Shown here: positions 53,764-62,918 of the stretch, piece by piece
How the letters are laid out: each line of letters begins with the position of its first letter
How positions within the stretch are numbered: position 1 is the stretch's first letter
Assembly: GCA_965262715.1 (NCBI GenBank)
Contig: OZ253553.1
Coordinates: forward strand, 2,080,001-2,144,000
From: Bdellovibrionales bacterium
Lineage (GTDB): Bacteria > Bdellovibrionota > Bdellovibrionia > Bdellovibrionales > JAUICD01
Direction of reading: 5' to 3'
Length of the DNA stretch: 64,000 nt
Position numbers and translations under genes: made by a program
Notes under the pieces: generated by a model
The model's input: only the letters and a program-made list of their open reading frames with translations
What the model was told of the DNA's origin: nothing
Databases searched by the model: none

Positions 53764-54106
53764 TACGAGCTGCATCTGCTAACTCCTTAATACGACCATG
53801 ATAAAGATAACCACCCCTATCAAACTTTACTGTAACAATATTCTTTTCTAAAGCTATCTTAGCAATCTTCTCTCCAACAGATCTAGCTGTTTCCTTATTG
53901 TTTTTAGGTTCCTTCAGTGATGAAACAAAACCTAATGTTTTTTTCAATTGATCGTCAATGATCTGAGCATAAATATGCCTATTAGAACGAAATACAGCAA
54001 GCCTTGGCCTATCAGAATGTCCTTCTATTTTTTTCCTAATACGCGCTCGACTCTTTAATCGATTCGTTACCTTTTTAGTCGTTAATCTATGAATCTTTAA
54101 TCTCAT
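53744..54106 (-). CDS. rplR: 50S ribosomal protein L18
   Basis: [41 protein letters not shown]. Confidence 0.99.
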   Translation of the reverse strand: MRLKIHRLTTKKVTNRLKSRARIRKKIEGHSDRPRLAVFRSNRHIYAQIIDDQLKKTLGFVSSLKEPKNNKETARSVGEKIAKIALEKNIVTVKFDRGGYLYHGRIKELADAARKVGLKF

Positions 54107-54146
54107 CTTTCACTGTTTCCCTTGTTTTTTCTAAAAAAACAATACA

Positions 54147-54686
54147 TCACTTACCACCTGTCTTTCCAGCTTTCCTTCTAACTACTTCGTTTGTGTATTT
54201 AACGCCTTTTCCTAAATAAGGCTCAGGTGGCCTAAAAGCTCGAATTTTTGCAGCCACTTGCCCCACAACTTGCTTATCCGGTCCCTTTATATGAATCGTC
54301 GTCTGCTTTTCAACATTTGCTTCAATATGCTCAGGCAAGTCTAAAATAATAGGATGACTATATCCTAAATTCAATTCTAAAGACTTCCCTTTAACCGATG
54401 CCCTATAACCCACTCCTTTCATTTCTAATGTCTTTGTCCAACCCGATGTTACACCTATCACAGCATTTTGAGCCAAAGACCTATAAAGTCCATGCAAACT
54501 ACGGCTTTCTTTAGATTCATCCTTACGATCAAATAAAATAAAACCATCCTTAACAGATGCAGTGATAGCAGAGTTCATCTCAATAGTCTGAGTTAACTTA
54601 GATCCTTTCACAGTAACTTTGTTGTCTAAAATACTTACCTGAACATTAGAATTAAAAGATACCGGTGCTTTACCAATCCTAGACAT
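54147..54686 (-). CDS. rplF: 50S ribosomal protein L6
   Basis: MSRIGK.P, GVGYRA, LGYSHP, RPPEPY.GKGVKY. Confidence 0.99.
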   Translation of the reverse strand: MSRIGKAPVSFNSNVQVSILDNKVTVKGSKLTQTIEMNSAITASVKDGFILFDRKDESKESRSLHGLYRSLAQNAVIGVTSGWTKTLEMKGVGYRASVKGKSLELNLGYSHPIILDLPEHIEANVEKQTTIHIKGPDKQVVGQVAAKIRAFRPPEPYLGKGVKYTNEVVRRKAGKTGGK

Positions 54687-54707
54687 AATAAACTACAAAG
54701 TTCTTCA

Positions 54708-55091
54708 TTACCAAACCTGAATGAGAACCTCACCTCCCACATTCTGTTTTTTCGCTTCTTCCCCCGACATCACACCCTTACTAGTACTTAAAATAGAAAG
54801 GCCATACCCAGAACGAACTTTAGGTATACTCTGGACTCCAGCATATTTTCTCAAACCCGGCTTGCTTATTAAACGAATCACATTGATTAAAGGCTTTCTC
54901 TGATGAGTGTACTTTAAATAAATGCGAAGCATGCCCTGCTTAGAGTCCTTGGCCTCAGCAAAATGCCTGATAAAGCCCTTCTCTTTCAAAACCATCGCTA
55001 CAGCCTTCCTCATATTAGAACTAGGTATATCTACCTTATCATGGTTTGCCATCTGAGCATTCCTAATACGAGTGATAAAATCACTAATCAC
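54708..55091 (-). CDS. rpsH: 30S ribosomal protein S8
   Basis: ISDFITRIRNA, SKPGLRKY, STSKGVM, GGEVL..VW; likely start GTG 55091 (SD aggag). Confidence 0.95.
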   Translation of the reverse strand: MISDFITRIRNAQMANHDKVDIPSSNMRKAVAMVLKEKGFIRHFAEAKDSKQGMLRIYLKYTHQRKPLINVIRLISKPGLRKYAGVQSIPKVRSGYGLSILSTSKGVMSGEEAKKQNVGGEVLIQVW

Positions 55092-55127
55092 TTCAAAAAC
55101 TCCTATCTGTCTTACCAAACATCTGAC

Positions 55128-55208
55128 CCCTCACGAGGCAAGCCTCTCGAGGTCAAGCTTCCAGCCACTTTCTAGCAGTCAACTGAAGTAGCTGATTACC
55201 AAAAATGC
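55128..55208 (+). repeat. Degenerate family-A remnant between rpsN and rpsH
   Basis: gaggcaagcctctcgagg...ctttctagcagtcaact-gaagt-agctgattacc. Confidence 0.55.
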
Positions 55209-55221
55209 TTTTTATAATATA

Positions 55222-55407
55222 TCACCAGCTGGCTTTTATAACTCCAGGAATCAACCCATTGCCAGCCCTTTGTCTAAAACAAATACGGCACATTGCAAAT
55301 TTACGCATATAACTGCGCGGACGACCACAAAGCTCACAACGATTGTATTTCCTAACTTTAAACCTCTGCTTTTTTTGAGCTTTAGCAATCATTGATTTCT
55401 TAGCCAT
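55222..55407 (-). CDS. rpsN: 30S ribosomal protein S14, zinc-binding (type Z) form
   Basis: MAKKSM...RCELCGRPR...CRICFR...[11 protein letters not shown] 55407 with SD gaggag. Confidence 0.98.
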   Translation of the reverse strand: MAKKSMIAKAQKKQRFKVRKYNRCELCGRPRSYMRKFAMCRICFRQRAGNGLIPGVIKASW

Positions 55408-55434
55408 ACTGTTCTCCTCAAAATGACCCAACCT

Positions 55435-55611
55435 TCTTCACTCAAAATAACCTAACCTCTTGAGGCAAGCCTCTCGAGGCGAGCCTCTGGTTGCTTTCTA
55501 GTAATGACCCCAAATAGCTAAAGCCCTTAAACAAATAGGTCATTGCCTAGAAAAAATAACGCAATTTGGTAAAGAGAATCTCTTCATCCCTTCGCATCAT
55601 GTTAAGGGAAT
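55435..55611 (+). repeat. Family-A element between rplE and rpsN
   Basis: ct|tcttcactcaaaat...two 14-nt loop expansions...aatgacc/ggtcatt...catgttaagggaa. Confidence 0.85.
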
Positions 55612-55736
55612 TATAATATCTAACTGCATCAAAATCCGAAGATTACCTTCATTTTTTTACAAAATGTCAGGAAACCCTTATTCACTTAAAACACGAATCT
55701 CTAGTCACTCTTTCTTACTCTACCTTTACTTACCTG

Positions 55737-56282
55737 TCATACTTTTTTAAAAGGCATACCCAAAGCACTTAATAAAGCCAGTCCTTCCTTATTTGAAGGA
55801 GCTGATGTACATACCGTGATATTCATTCCTCGTATCTGATCAATCTTATCATAGTTAATCTCTGGAAACACAATTTGCTCCTTAAGTCCCATATTAAAGT
55901 TGCCCTTACCATCAAACCCTTGTGGAGAAATACCTCTAAAATCTCGCACACGAGGCAATGCTAAAGAAATTAACCGGTCAAGAAAAGACCACATTTTTTC
56001 CCTTCTTAAAGTTACAAAAGCTCCAAGCGGCATGCCCTTTCTTAATTTAAAGTTGGCAATAGCCTTCTTTGCTTTAGCAATACAAGGCTTTTGTCCAGTC
56101 ATAAATGCTAAATCCGACTCAATAAAAGGCACTGTCTTAGAGTTTTTAACAGCCTCCTTACCAGAACAAACACTTACTACAATCTTTTGCAACTTAGGGA
56201 TCTGCATAGAAGAACTATAAGCAAATTGTTCCTTTAATTTTGTCTTTACCTCTAAGTTGTATTTTTCCTGCAGTCGATTCAT
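55737..56282 (-). CDS. rplE: 50S ribosomal protein L5
   Basis: IPKLQKIVV, FKLRKGMPLG..VTLR, LPRVRDFRG, EQIVFPEI; start moved to MNRLQ (56282). Confidence 0.98.
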   Translation of the reverse strand: MNRLQEKYNLEVKTKLKEQFAYSSSMQIPKLQKIVVSVCSGKEAVKNSKTVPFIESDLAFMTGQKPCIAKAKKAIANFKLRKGMPLGAFVTLRREKMWSFLDRLISLALPRVRDFRGISPQGFDGKGNFNMGLKEQIVFPEINYDKIDQIRGMNITVCTSAPSNKEGLALLSALGMPFKKV

Positions 56283-56327
56283 AATATTTCTCATCCACAT
56301 TACTTATATTTCTTATAACAAACCCTA

Positions 56328-56356
56328 ACATTAACTGATACAAGCTCAGTTGTCAA
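56328..56356 (-). promoter_or_regulatory. Candidate sigma70 promoter of rplE
   Basis: TTGACA-17 nt-TAATGT on the minus strand. Confidence 0.5.
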
Positions 56357-56372
56357 AATTGTCAAGTCATTT

Positions 56373-56510
56373 ATTTTCACTTAAAATGAACATGACCACT
56401 TATCTGACATCAACCCGAAAATTGCATCATTAGCAAATAGCTGACCGCCTAGAAAGAATGATGCACTTAGGAAAAAACATCTTCATTCTTTTATACTATG
56501 TTAAGAAATA
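56373..56510 (+). repeat. Degenerate family-A element upstream of rplE
   Basis: ttcacttaaaatgaac...gcaaatagctgaccgcctagaaagaatgatgcacttag...tatgttaagaaa. Confidence 0.7.
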
Positions 56511-56548
56511 ACTTATTTTATCTACTACTAATCTTTATAAAGAACAAT

Positions 56549-56585
56549 AAAAAAAGGTAAGCCTTAGCTAGCCTACCCTTTTTTA
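56549..56585. terminator. Probable intrinsic terminator
   Basis: A-run / ggtaagc...gcctacc / T-run downstream of the 56625..57233 gene. Confidence 0.5.
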
Positions 56586-56624
56586 AATCACAATTATAAA
56601 AATAAGTGTTTTTAAAACTATATT

Positions 56625-57233
56625 TTATTGGTCATCATCGTCGCCATCATCATCAGAAGCAGGTGGCGTTGGTTCTAATCTAGCTACAGCATCACTATCT
56701 AATACCGCCTCTGCTAATTCCGCGCCTGCTACATTAGTATCTTCCTCATCACTTAATATACCTTGAAGTGCATTATAAGCATCTTCAGTTACAGTATGTA
56801 ACGTAAAGACTCTGTCGTTATCATCCTCAGTATCATGATGTTCCACGAGAACATAAAACTTTGCTTCCTCCGGATCATCTGTTGGTGAAGCCGCCTCTGC
56901 TGGTGGAGGTGTATCTCCTGGTGGAGCTGGTGTACCTTCTGGTGGAGCTGGTGTACCTTCTGGTGGAACTGGTAGAGCCACCGGTGCATCCTCTGCAGCA
57001 AGATAAAGTGTTCTTGTGTCATCACCTTCTATAGCGATTTCTTGATCAAAATCAACATTATATCTTACATCTTCGTAGTCAAAATGTAGGGTATTGGTAT
57101 TTTGGTTTAAATTATAATTAATTATGGTTGGTCCCTCTCCATCAGAACCACCACGATTTGCACACCCAAAAACTGTGATAGTTAAAAGCACCGCAGTTAA
57201 TAATAATATTTTATTTTTCATTATAACCTCCAA
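56625..57233 (-). CDS. Acidic lipoprotein with PPEGTPA repeats
   Basis: Lipobox TVFGC; 21-bp tandem repeats near 56900-56970. Confidence 0.7.
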   Translation of the reverse strand: MEVIMKNKILLLTAVLLTITVFGCANRGGSDGEGPTIINYNLNQNTNTLHFDYEDVRYNVDFDQEIAIEGDDTRTLYLAAEDAPVALPVPPEGTPAPPEGTPAPPGDTPPPAEAASPTDDPEEAKFYVLVEHHDTEDDNDRVFTLHTVTEDAYNALQGILSDEEDTNVAGAELAEAVLDSDAVARLEPTPPASDDDGDDDDQ

Positions 57234-57623
57234 AGACTAAAGTAGTTGAATTTTTAATCAAGTTAAAATAAACAAACCAATTAGAGATTGTTATTTCAAT
57301 TTAATTAACACTTCTAAAAAATGAATATCTTATCCTTCAAGGGTAATCTGACATATTTTAAGTAGGCAAGAAGTTTTTTTATAAAGTCTTGTTATTTCTA
57401 AAAACAAACTGGTAATAATGCGACACGTCAAATCATGCAATGTTTTTTACCTTGCAGGCTTTAACTCTAACCTATTTTATTTTCAGTGATCATTATTTTA
57501 TTGATCAGTAAAAGTAAAAAATATTAAAAACTATTTAAAATCAATGACTTCTATTGTAACTCTATTGTCACCATATAAATAAACCCAAAAGTATAGGCAA
57601 ACTACATTAACAAGAAGAGTTGA

Positions 57624-59126
57624 TTAGTCAGGCCAGCTCAAAATCAAATCGTGTCTTTTTTGCAAGTGAGGCATTTGTTGTTGAGCTTTCCTTTGCTGGC
57701 GGAATAATTTGTCTCGAATAGACTCTATACTATAATACTCCGGATGGCCTTTTAGAAGTTTAGGATTATTGGTCAGTTGGACATCAAGTGAATTTAATTC
57801 TGCTTGCAAAGTTTGTATTTTTTTACTTATCTTCTGATACTCTGCTATTTTATCACGACCAAGGACATTTTGACGGTCACAATAAGCTTTTTGAGCTAAA
57901 CAAGCATTGTTCCTACTGGATGTTTGATAACTTAAACGAGAACACTGTCGATAAAGTTTCACATCATCTCTTAAGGAACAATTTCCATACAAAATAGCTT
58001 GAAAATGTGAAGGATCTAAAAGAGAATCATCATTCTCATCATCGAAAACATTACCCCATCGAATACCATGGCTTGATAACATACTATTTTCTTGAACCAC
58101 ACGGCAATCATAATTTGGTGCATAACGCTCTTCAAGATATTCATCCCATAAACCTAAAAGATGTATTATTTCATGTGTTGTAGATGAACAGTGCATATTC
58201 ATATGATAGTATTTAGCATTCCTGAGTGCGTAACGAGAACCAATTTGAATAGAATGTTTTGGCATACAAGAATCAACCTGATAAGCATCTTCAATGACAA
58301 TTTCTAATATTTCTCCATGAGGTCCTCTCATTTTAAGATTGGCCTCACTTATACAAGGTCTGACTTTTTCTTCTATGTAATAATTATGCATTTGATCAAT
58401 TGGCACAGGTATATCTCCATCATACCAAAGAGAAAAATGAACAGAGAACTTTAAAGTCACAAAAGCTTTATAATGATTTTTAGATTTTCTTTTTATCTTA
58501 TAATAAATATAAGGAAGAATAGTCGACTGAACTGGAGTGATAATAAAATGTTTTTCCTCTCCAATTTTGTATTCACTACAAGACCCTTCATCTTCTAACC
58601 TCTGTAAAAGATTAACAAGCTCAGTGCTTATGTAATGTGGGGATGCATTATTCTCCAATAAATGCTCAGCAAAAGGTGTTATCAAGTTTGGATTATGTGA
58701 CACCATTACATTCACTAAAGATAAAACCCTATCACGGACAACCGCATACTCAGCTTGCATATCCTGACAACTGCTTTTTTCTTCATCTGTTAGAGCTTCA
58801 CAGCTGATAGGTACTCGATTGTATTTGTTAAGTTCATTTTTTAAACCTTCTAGAATAAATCGCAAACACAATGTTCCTTTTTCATTTAGAATATGCAGAA
58901 TTTGATTATATTGAGATAAAGACCCATGAGTAACAAGTTGTACAATATCTGTACTATAACAAACACCTGGGTCACAATTAGAAGTTAATTGTGTTGCTAT
59001 CTTACTAACTTTTTCTTCTGTAAAAATAAGAGGTGAATGAGAAGCAAAAACCAGACATGAAACACTAAAAACTTTTATAAGATAAATACAACAAACTATC
59101 CATTTCAATCTCATTTTCAATTCCAA
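57624..59126 (-). CDS. Secreted zinc metalloprotease-like protein
   Basis: HEIIHLLGLWDEY motif followed by NSML; Cys-rich; N-terminal hydrophobic segment. Confidence 0.65.
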   Translation of the reverse strand: MELKMRLKWIVCCIYLIKVFSVSCLVFASHSPLIFTEEKVSKIATQLTSNCDPGVCYSTDIVQLVTHGSLSQYNQILHILNEKGTLCLRFILEGLKNELNKYNRVPISCEALTDEEKSSCQDMQAEYAVVRDRVLSLVNVMVSHNPNLITPFAEHLLENNASPHYISTELVNLLQRLEDEGSCSEYKIGEEKHFIITPVQSTILPYIYYKIKRKSKNHYKAFVTLKFSVHFSLWYDGDIPVPIDQMHNYYIEEKVRPCISEANLKMRGPHGEILEIVIEDAYQVDSCMPKHSIQIGSRYALRNAKYYHMNMHCSSTTHEIIHLLGLWDEYLEERYAPNYDCRVVQENSMLSSHGIRWGNVFDDENDDSLLDPSHFQAILYGNCSLRDDVKLYRQCSRLSYQTSSRNNACLAQKAYCDRQNVLGRDKIAEYQKISKKIQTLQAELNSLDVQLTNNPKLLKGHPEYYSIESIRDKLFRQQRKAQQQMPHLQKRHDLILSWPD

Positions 59127-59382
59127 AAAGTAAAACCATCACCTGAAGTCATTCATTGTACTTATTTAATAACTTAACAAAACCAGTAATATCACAAATA
59201 GTTTTAATCCTCACCTATCATTTCTGGAGATATTTTACCAACATTTAATTTGAAAGCCAAATTTATCTTAATATTGCAAAATACAAAGCTTATTTTTGAG
59301 ACTGCTTCTAAATAATATCCAAACATAAATTGTTCTTATAATTTTTATAAACATTTTATATATGAAGCGGTCTCAAAAATAA

Positions 59383-59514
59383 AAGTTTATTCAACTCCGT
59401 CAAGAACATAAAAACATGACTGTTGCACAAGCTGCTAGGAGATTAGGAGTAAGTGATTCAGCTTTGAGAAGATACATTTCTGAATATGAACAAAAACATG
59501 GTCCTATCCCTTGA
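59383..59514 (+). pseudogene. HTH fragment abutting an E-type MITE end
   Basis: KFIQLRQEHKNMTVAQAARRLGVSDSALRRYISEYE...*; begins right after tgaagcggtctcaaaaataa. Confidence 0.45.
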
Positions 59515-59703
59515 AGACAATAAGGATGACATATCATTAATTTGAAAGTTCTATTTAAAAAGCTTTTTATCTTAAAACAGATGAAACCAATCCATTTTAA
59601 AGCAGATAATGGAAGCAGGTCCTTTATTTGTAGTATTTACACCTATGTAGACAAATTATCTTTTTATGCTTTTAATAACTAGAAAAAATATCTATGAAAG
59701 TTT

Positions 59704-60768
59704 TTATGGCACTTCTATTAACAGTTGCTCTATTTCTCGTTTTATATCTTCGGTATTAGGAATGGTGGCATCTTCTAAGTTTTCATGCAACCCAACCCCA
59801 GGAACATTCTGAGATGCTAAAACTCTAGGTCTTGCTAAAAGTTCATAGAACAAATCATTAGTAATACGATAACTTAAGTGTTCTGCAAAATTTGTTACTT
59901 CTGTTTCTTCATTCACAAAAAGAATTCTTTTTGTTTTTGAAGCAGACTCTTTAATCAAAGACCAATCATAAGGATAGATCGAACGTAGATCTAAAACTTC
60001 AATAGATATCCTATCATTATTGTTTTCTACCATTTTAGTAGCTTTTAAACACATATTTACCATTCGGCCATAAGTGATAATAGTAATATCTTTACCTGTC
60101 TTGACGATCTTGCCTTTTCCAATAGGAATAGAGAAATATTGCAAATTCGGCCAGTTAGGAGTCCATGCCTTTCGAGCTGTACCAACAGGCGCATCAATGC
60201 ATTTTTTTAATTCATTTTCACTTTTAGACTCACCAGGAATAAGCTCTTTACCAGAGACTCTTAAAAGAGCTTTGGGCATTAAAAACATTACAGGGTTAGG
60301 ATCTTCAATAGCAGCAATCATAAGACCATAAGCATCCAAAGGCGTACTTGGCATCACAATTTTCCAGCCTTGAATTCTAGACGCCCATGCTTCAAAACTA
60401 TGACTATGATAAACAGAACCATGAATGCCAGCACCAACAGGCGTCATCAACACAAGAGGTAAATAAACTTGGCCATTTGAACACCAATGTGTATTGCCAA
60501 CAATTTTAAGAAGATCTATGGTATTAAAAATATAATCAACAAATTGAATTTCTGCAACACAGCGATCTCCTGTCATAGCAATACCGGCAGCCATTCCAAC
60601 AATACCACGTTCATCAAGAGGTGTGTTCCATGCAGTTTTCAATCCTTGGGTCGCTGTAAAAACTCCGCCCAAAGGAGGACCCACATCCTGCCCAAAAATA
60701 TCTTGGACTTCTAAATGCTCCTCTCCATAATGCAAAGCCATCCGAATGGCCTGAGCCATATTTGCCAC
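59704..60768 (-). CDS. 2-oxoacid (probably branched-chain) dehydrogenase E1 beta subunit
   Basis: GQDVG...GGVF.AT.GL, NTPLDE.GI.G, AEIQF.DY, HSHS.EA, EVLDLRS. Confidence 0.9.
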   Translation of the reverse strand: MANMAQAIRMALHYGEEHLEVQDIFGQDVGPPLGGVFTATQGLKTAWNTPLDERGIVGMAAGIAMTGDRCVAEIQFVDYIFNTIDLLKIVGNTHWCSNGQVYLPLVLMTPVGAGIHGSVYHSHSFEAWASRIQGWKIVMPSTPLDAYGLMIAAIEDPNPVMFLMPKALLRVSGKELIPGESKSENELKKCIDAPVGTARKAWTPNWPNLQYFSIPIGKGKIVKTGKDITIITYGRMVNMCLKATKMVENNNDRISIEVLDLRSIYPYDWSLIKESASKTKRILFVNEETEVTNFAEHLSYRITNDLFYELLARPRVLASQNVPGVGLHENLEDATIPNTEDIKREIEQLLIEVP

Positions 60769-61026
60769 TTTATGCTCCTATTAACTGAAAAACATATGAT
60801 TACAAATTGTTATTCTATTATTATGTTTCTATGTAAACAAGAGATAAATTCTTAATTATATAACAACTTAATAATGACTCACATCGTAGATCATGATATT
60901 TGCTCTTTTTTAGAAGCCATCTCAAAAATAAAGTCTTGTAGTATTTGAAAGATTGAATTACAAAATACAAAATATTACTTGATCTCTAGATAATAAAAGT
61001 AAGAAACTATATGCGAGGTGTAAAAA

Positions 61027-61995
61027 ATAAAAATCTTCATCTTCACATTTATCTTTATTTTCATCTTCACCTATCAGGCTAGAGGAACTTGTGATTTTAA
61101 TCAATATTCAGGTGATGTGGGTTTAGGTATCATCAACGGTCATCAAATATACACCCTATTTACAAGACATGTAAGCACGCAAGAGGCGGACGATGCTAAA
61201 TCTTTCATGGAAACAAACACCTTAAGTGCAGTTGTACATGTACTCAATGCAACTATTGACAAACACCAAATGAAAATTCAATCTGAACACTCTAAAGTTC
61301 AACAAATAATAGAACTACTTGAATCCGAAACAATTGATTGGGTAGGTATTGAAGCCGCACCAGAAGATCTACAAAGAACATCTCTTGCCACTTTAGTTTC
61401 AGTATATAGAAATGACAGAAACTCATTGAATAACTTTAATATTCATCCTCAATGGGATCAAAATAAAACTGATAAAATACTCCATCTCTTATTCCCTTCT
61501 ATTGTTATTGCTTATGCTCAAAATTCAGCGATCTTTCAAGGAGTAAGAATCGTTCCACTTGAAAATCATGAACAAAGAGCAGAAGGTTTTGAAATAGAGT
61601 CACGAATAAACGCTCAAAAAAACATTCTTGCTGATTTCCTCCACACAAGGTTGATCACACTATCCCAATTTCAAACAATTGAAGCTTTTTTCTTAGATCG
61701 ACTTTATAACATTATTAAATCAAATTCTAATAGTGAAATTGAATCAATTTTAGAAAGCCTTCAAGAAGAAGCCCGCGTCGCTGTTAATACCTACTTAGAT
61801 CAAATCAATGAATTTGTACATTTAAAGGAGAAACGCAGCCAAACAGCCGCCATATCTATATCTCAACAATCCGGTAATGGGCTAGTTATTATGGGACCTT
61901 CTCATGCCAAAGATATAGAAGAATACTTAACAGCATCCTGCCAAACTATTTCACCTATAGACGAAGATAGTCGTACAGCTATCAAAATAGAATAG
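61027..61995 (+). CDS. Secreted hypothetical protein
   Basis: Frame is open from 61024; a signal peptide (IKIFIFTFIFIFIFTYQARG) lies upstream of the track's GTG; SD gaggtg precedes ATA 61027. Confidence 0.55.
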   Translation: MKIFIFTFIFIFIFTYQARGTCDFNQYSGDVGLGIINGHQIYTLFTRHVSTQEADDAKSFMETNTLSAVVHVLNATIDKHQMKIQSEHSKVQQIIELLESETIDWVGIEAAPEDLQRTSLATLVSVYRNDRNSLNNFNIHPQWDQNKTDKILHLLFPSIVIAYAQNSAIFQGVRIVPLENHEQRAEGFEIESRINAQKNILADFLHTRLITLSQFQTIEAFFLDRLYNIIKSNSNSEIESILESLQEEARVAVNTYLDQINEFVHLKEKRSQTAAISISQQSGNGLVIMGPSHAKDIEEYLTASCQTISPIDEDSRTAIKIE

Positions 61996-62114
61996 TAAAA
62001 GCAATGTTACCGGTCCACCCATTGAAATTCTAATAAATATGTCTTACAATAAATTCTACGCATTCTAAAACAATGTTATGAATATATTAATTATATGAAC
62101 ATATAGGATGATAG

Positions 62115-62465
62115 ATGTCTGTATTCCAAAGGTTAGGTAAAGTTATTTCAAGCCATATCAAGGACTTAACCGATAGGCAGACAACACAAAATCAGTCTTT
62201 CACTGAACATTATGAGTATCAAAGAGTAAATACCCATTCAAATCACAATCACATTGATGAAAAAGAAAGCCTATATCGAGCTAACCTTGAAGTTGACACA
62301 AGTACTAATATTAAAGATATTCGCACTTCATATAAAAGTTTAATGAAAAAATACCACCCAGATCTTCATGCTTCAGATCAAAATAAGAGAAAAACAGCAG
62401 AGCAAATAACAAAAAAGTTAAATGAAGCTATGAATTACTTTGAAAAAAAATACAAAAAGCAGTAA
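62115..62465 (+). CDS. Small J-domain protein
   Basis: IRTSYKSLMKKYHPD...KKLNEA. Confidence 0.88.
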   Translation: MSVFQRLGKVISSHIKDLTDRQTTQNQSFTEHYEYQRVNTHSNHNHIDEKESLYRANLEVDTSTNIKDIRTSYKSLMKKYHPDLHASDQNKRKTAEQITKKLNEAMNYFEKKYKKQ

Positions 62466-62508
62466 GAATACTTAAAAAGTAATCAGACAACTAAAGAAGG
62501 AGTACTCA

Positions 62509-62916
62509 ATGAGTGACCATTTTGAAAAAGTAAAAGGTTATCTACAAGAATTAGGTTTTCTTCCTATCAAAGAAAACAAAACAAATCAAATAGTTGTTAT
62601 AGAAGATGAAGAGCGAGGTATCAAAAACCTTATTATTGACTGTGAACCTCCTATTTTGATCTTAGAACAATTTATCTTTGATCTGAAGGAAGATGCTCCA
62701 AAAGAAACACTAAGAAAGCTTTTACAAATGAATCGTAATCTGGTACATGGGGCTTTTGTGATTGATGACTCTGGTAAAAAGGTTCTTTTTCGCGACACTT
62801 TACAACTAGAAAACCTGGATCTCAATGAAATCGAAGCCTCAATCAATGCTTTAAGTATTGCCATGGTTGAAAACTCAAATGAAATAGTAAGACTTGCAAG
62901 AAATGAAGGAGAATAA
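62509..62916 (+). CDS. YjfI/YbjN/CesT-like chaperone-fold protein
   Basis: LLQMNRNLVHGAF..D....VLFRDTLQLENLD.NE; directly upstream of pspA. Confidence 0.7.
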   Translation: MSDHFEKVKGYLQELGFLPIKENKTNQIVVIEDEERGIKNLIIDCEPPILILEQFIFDLKEDAPKETLRKLLQMNRNLVHGAFVIDDSGKKVLFRDTLQLENLDLNEIEASINALSIAMVENSNEIVRLARNEGE

Positions 62917-62918
62917 AA

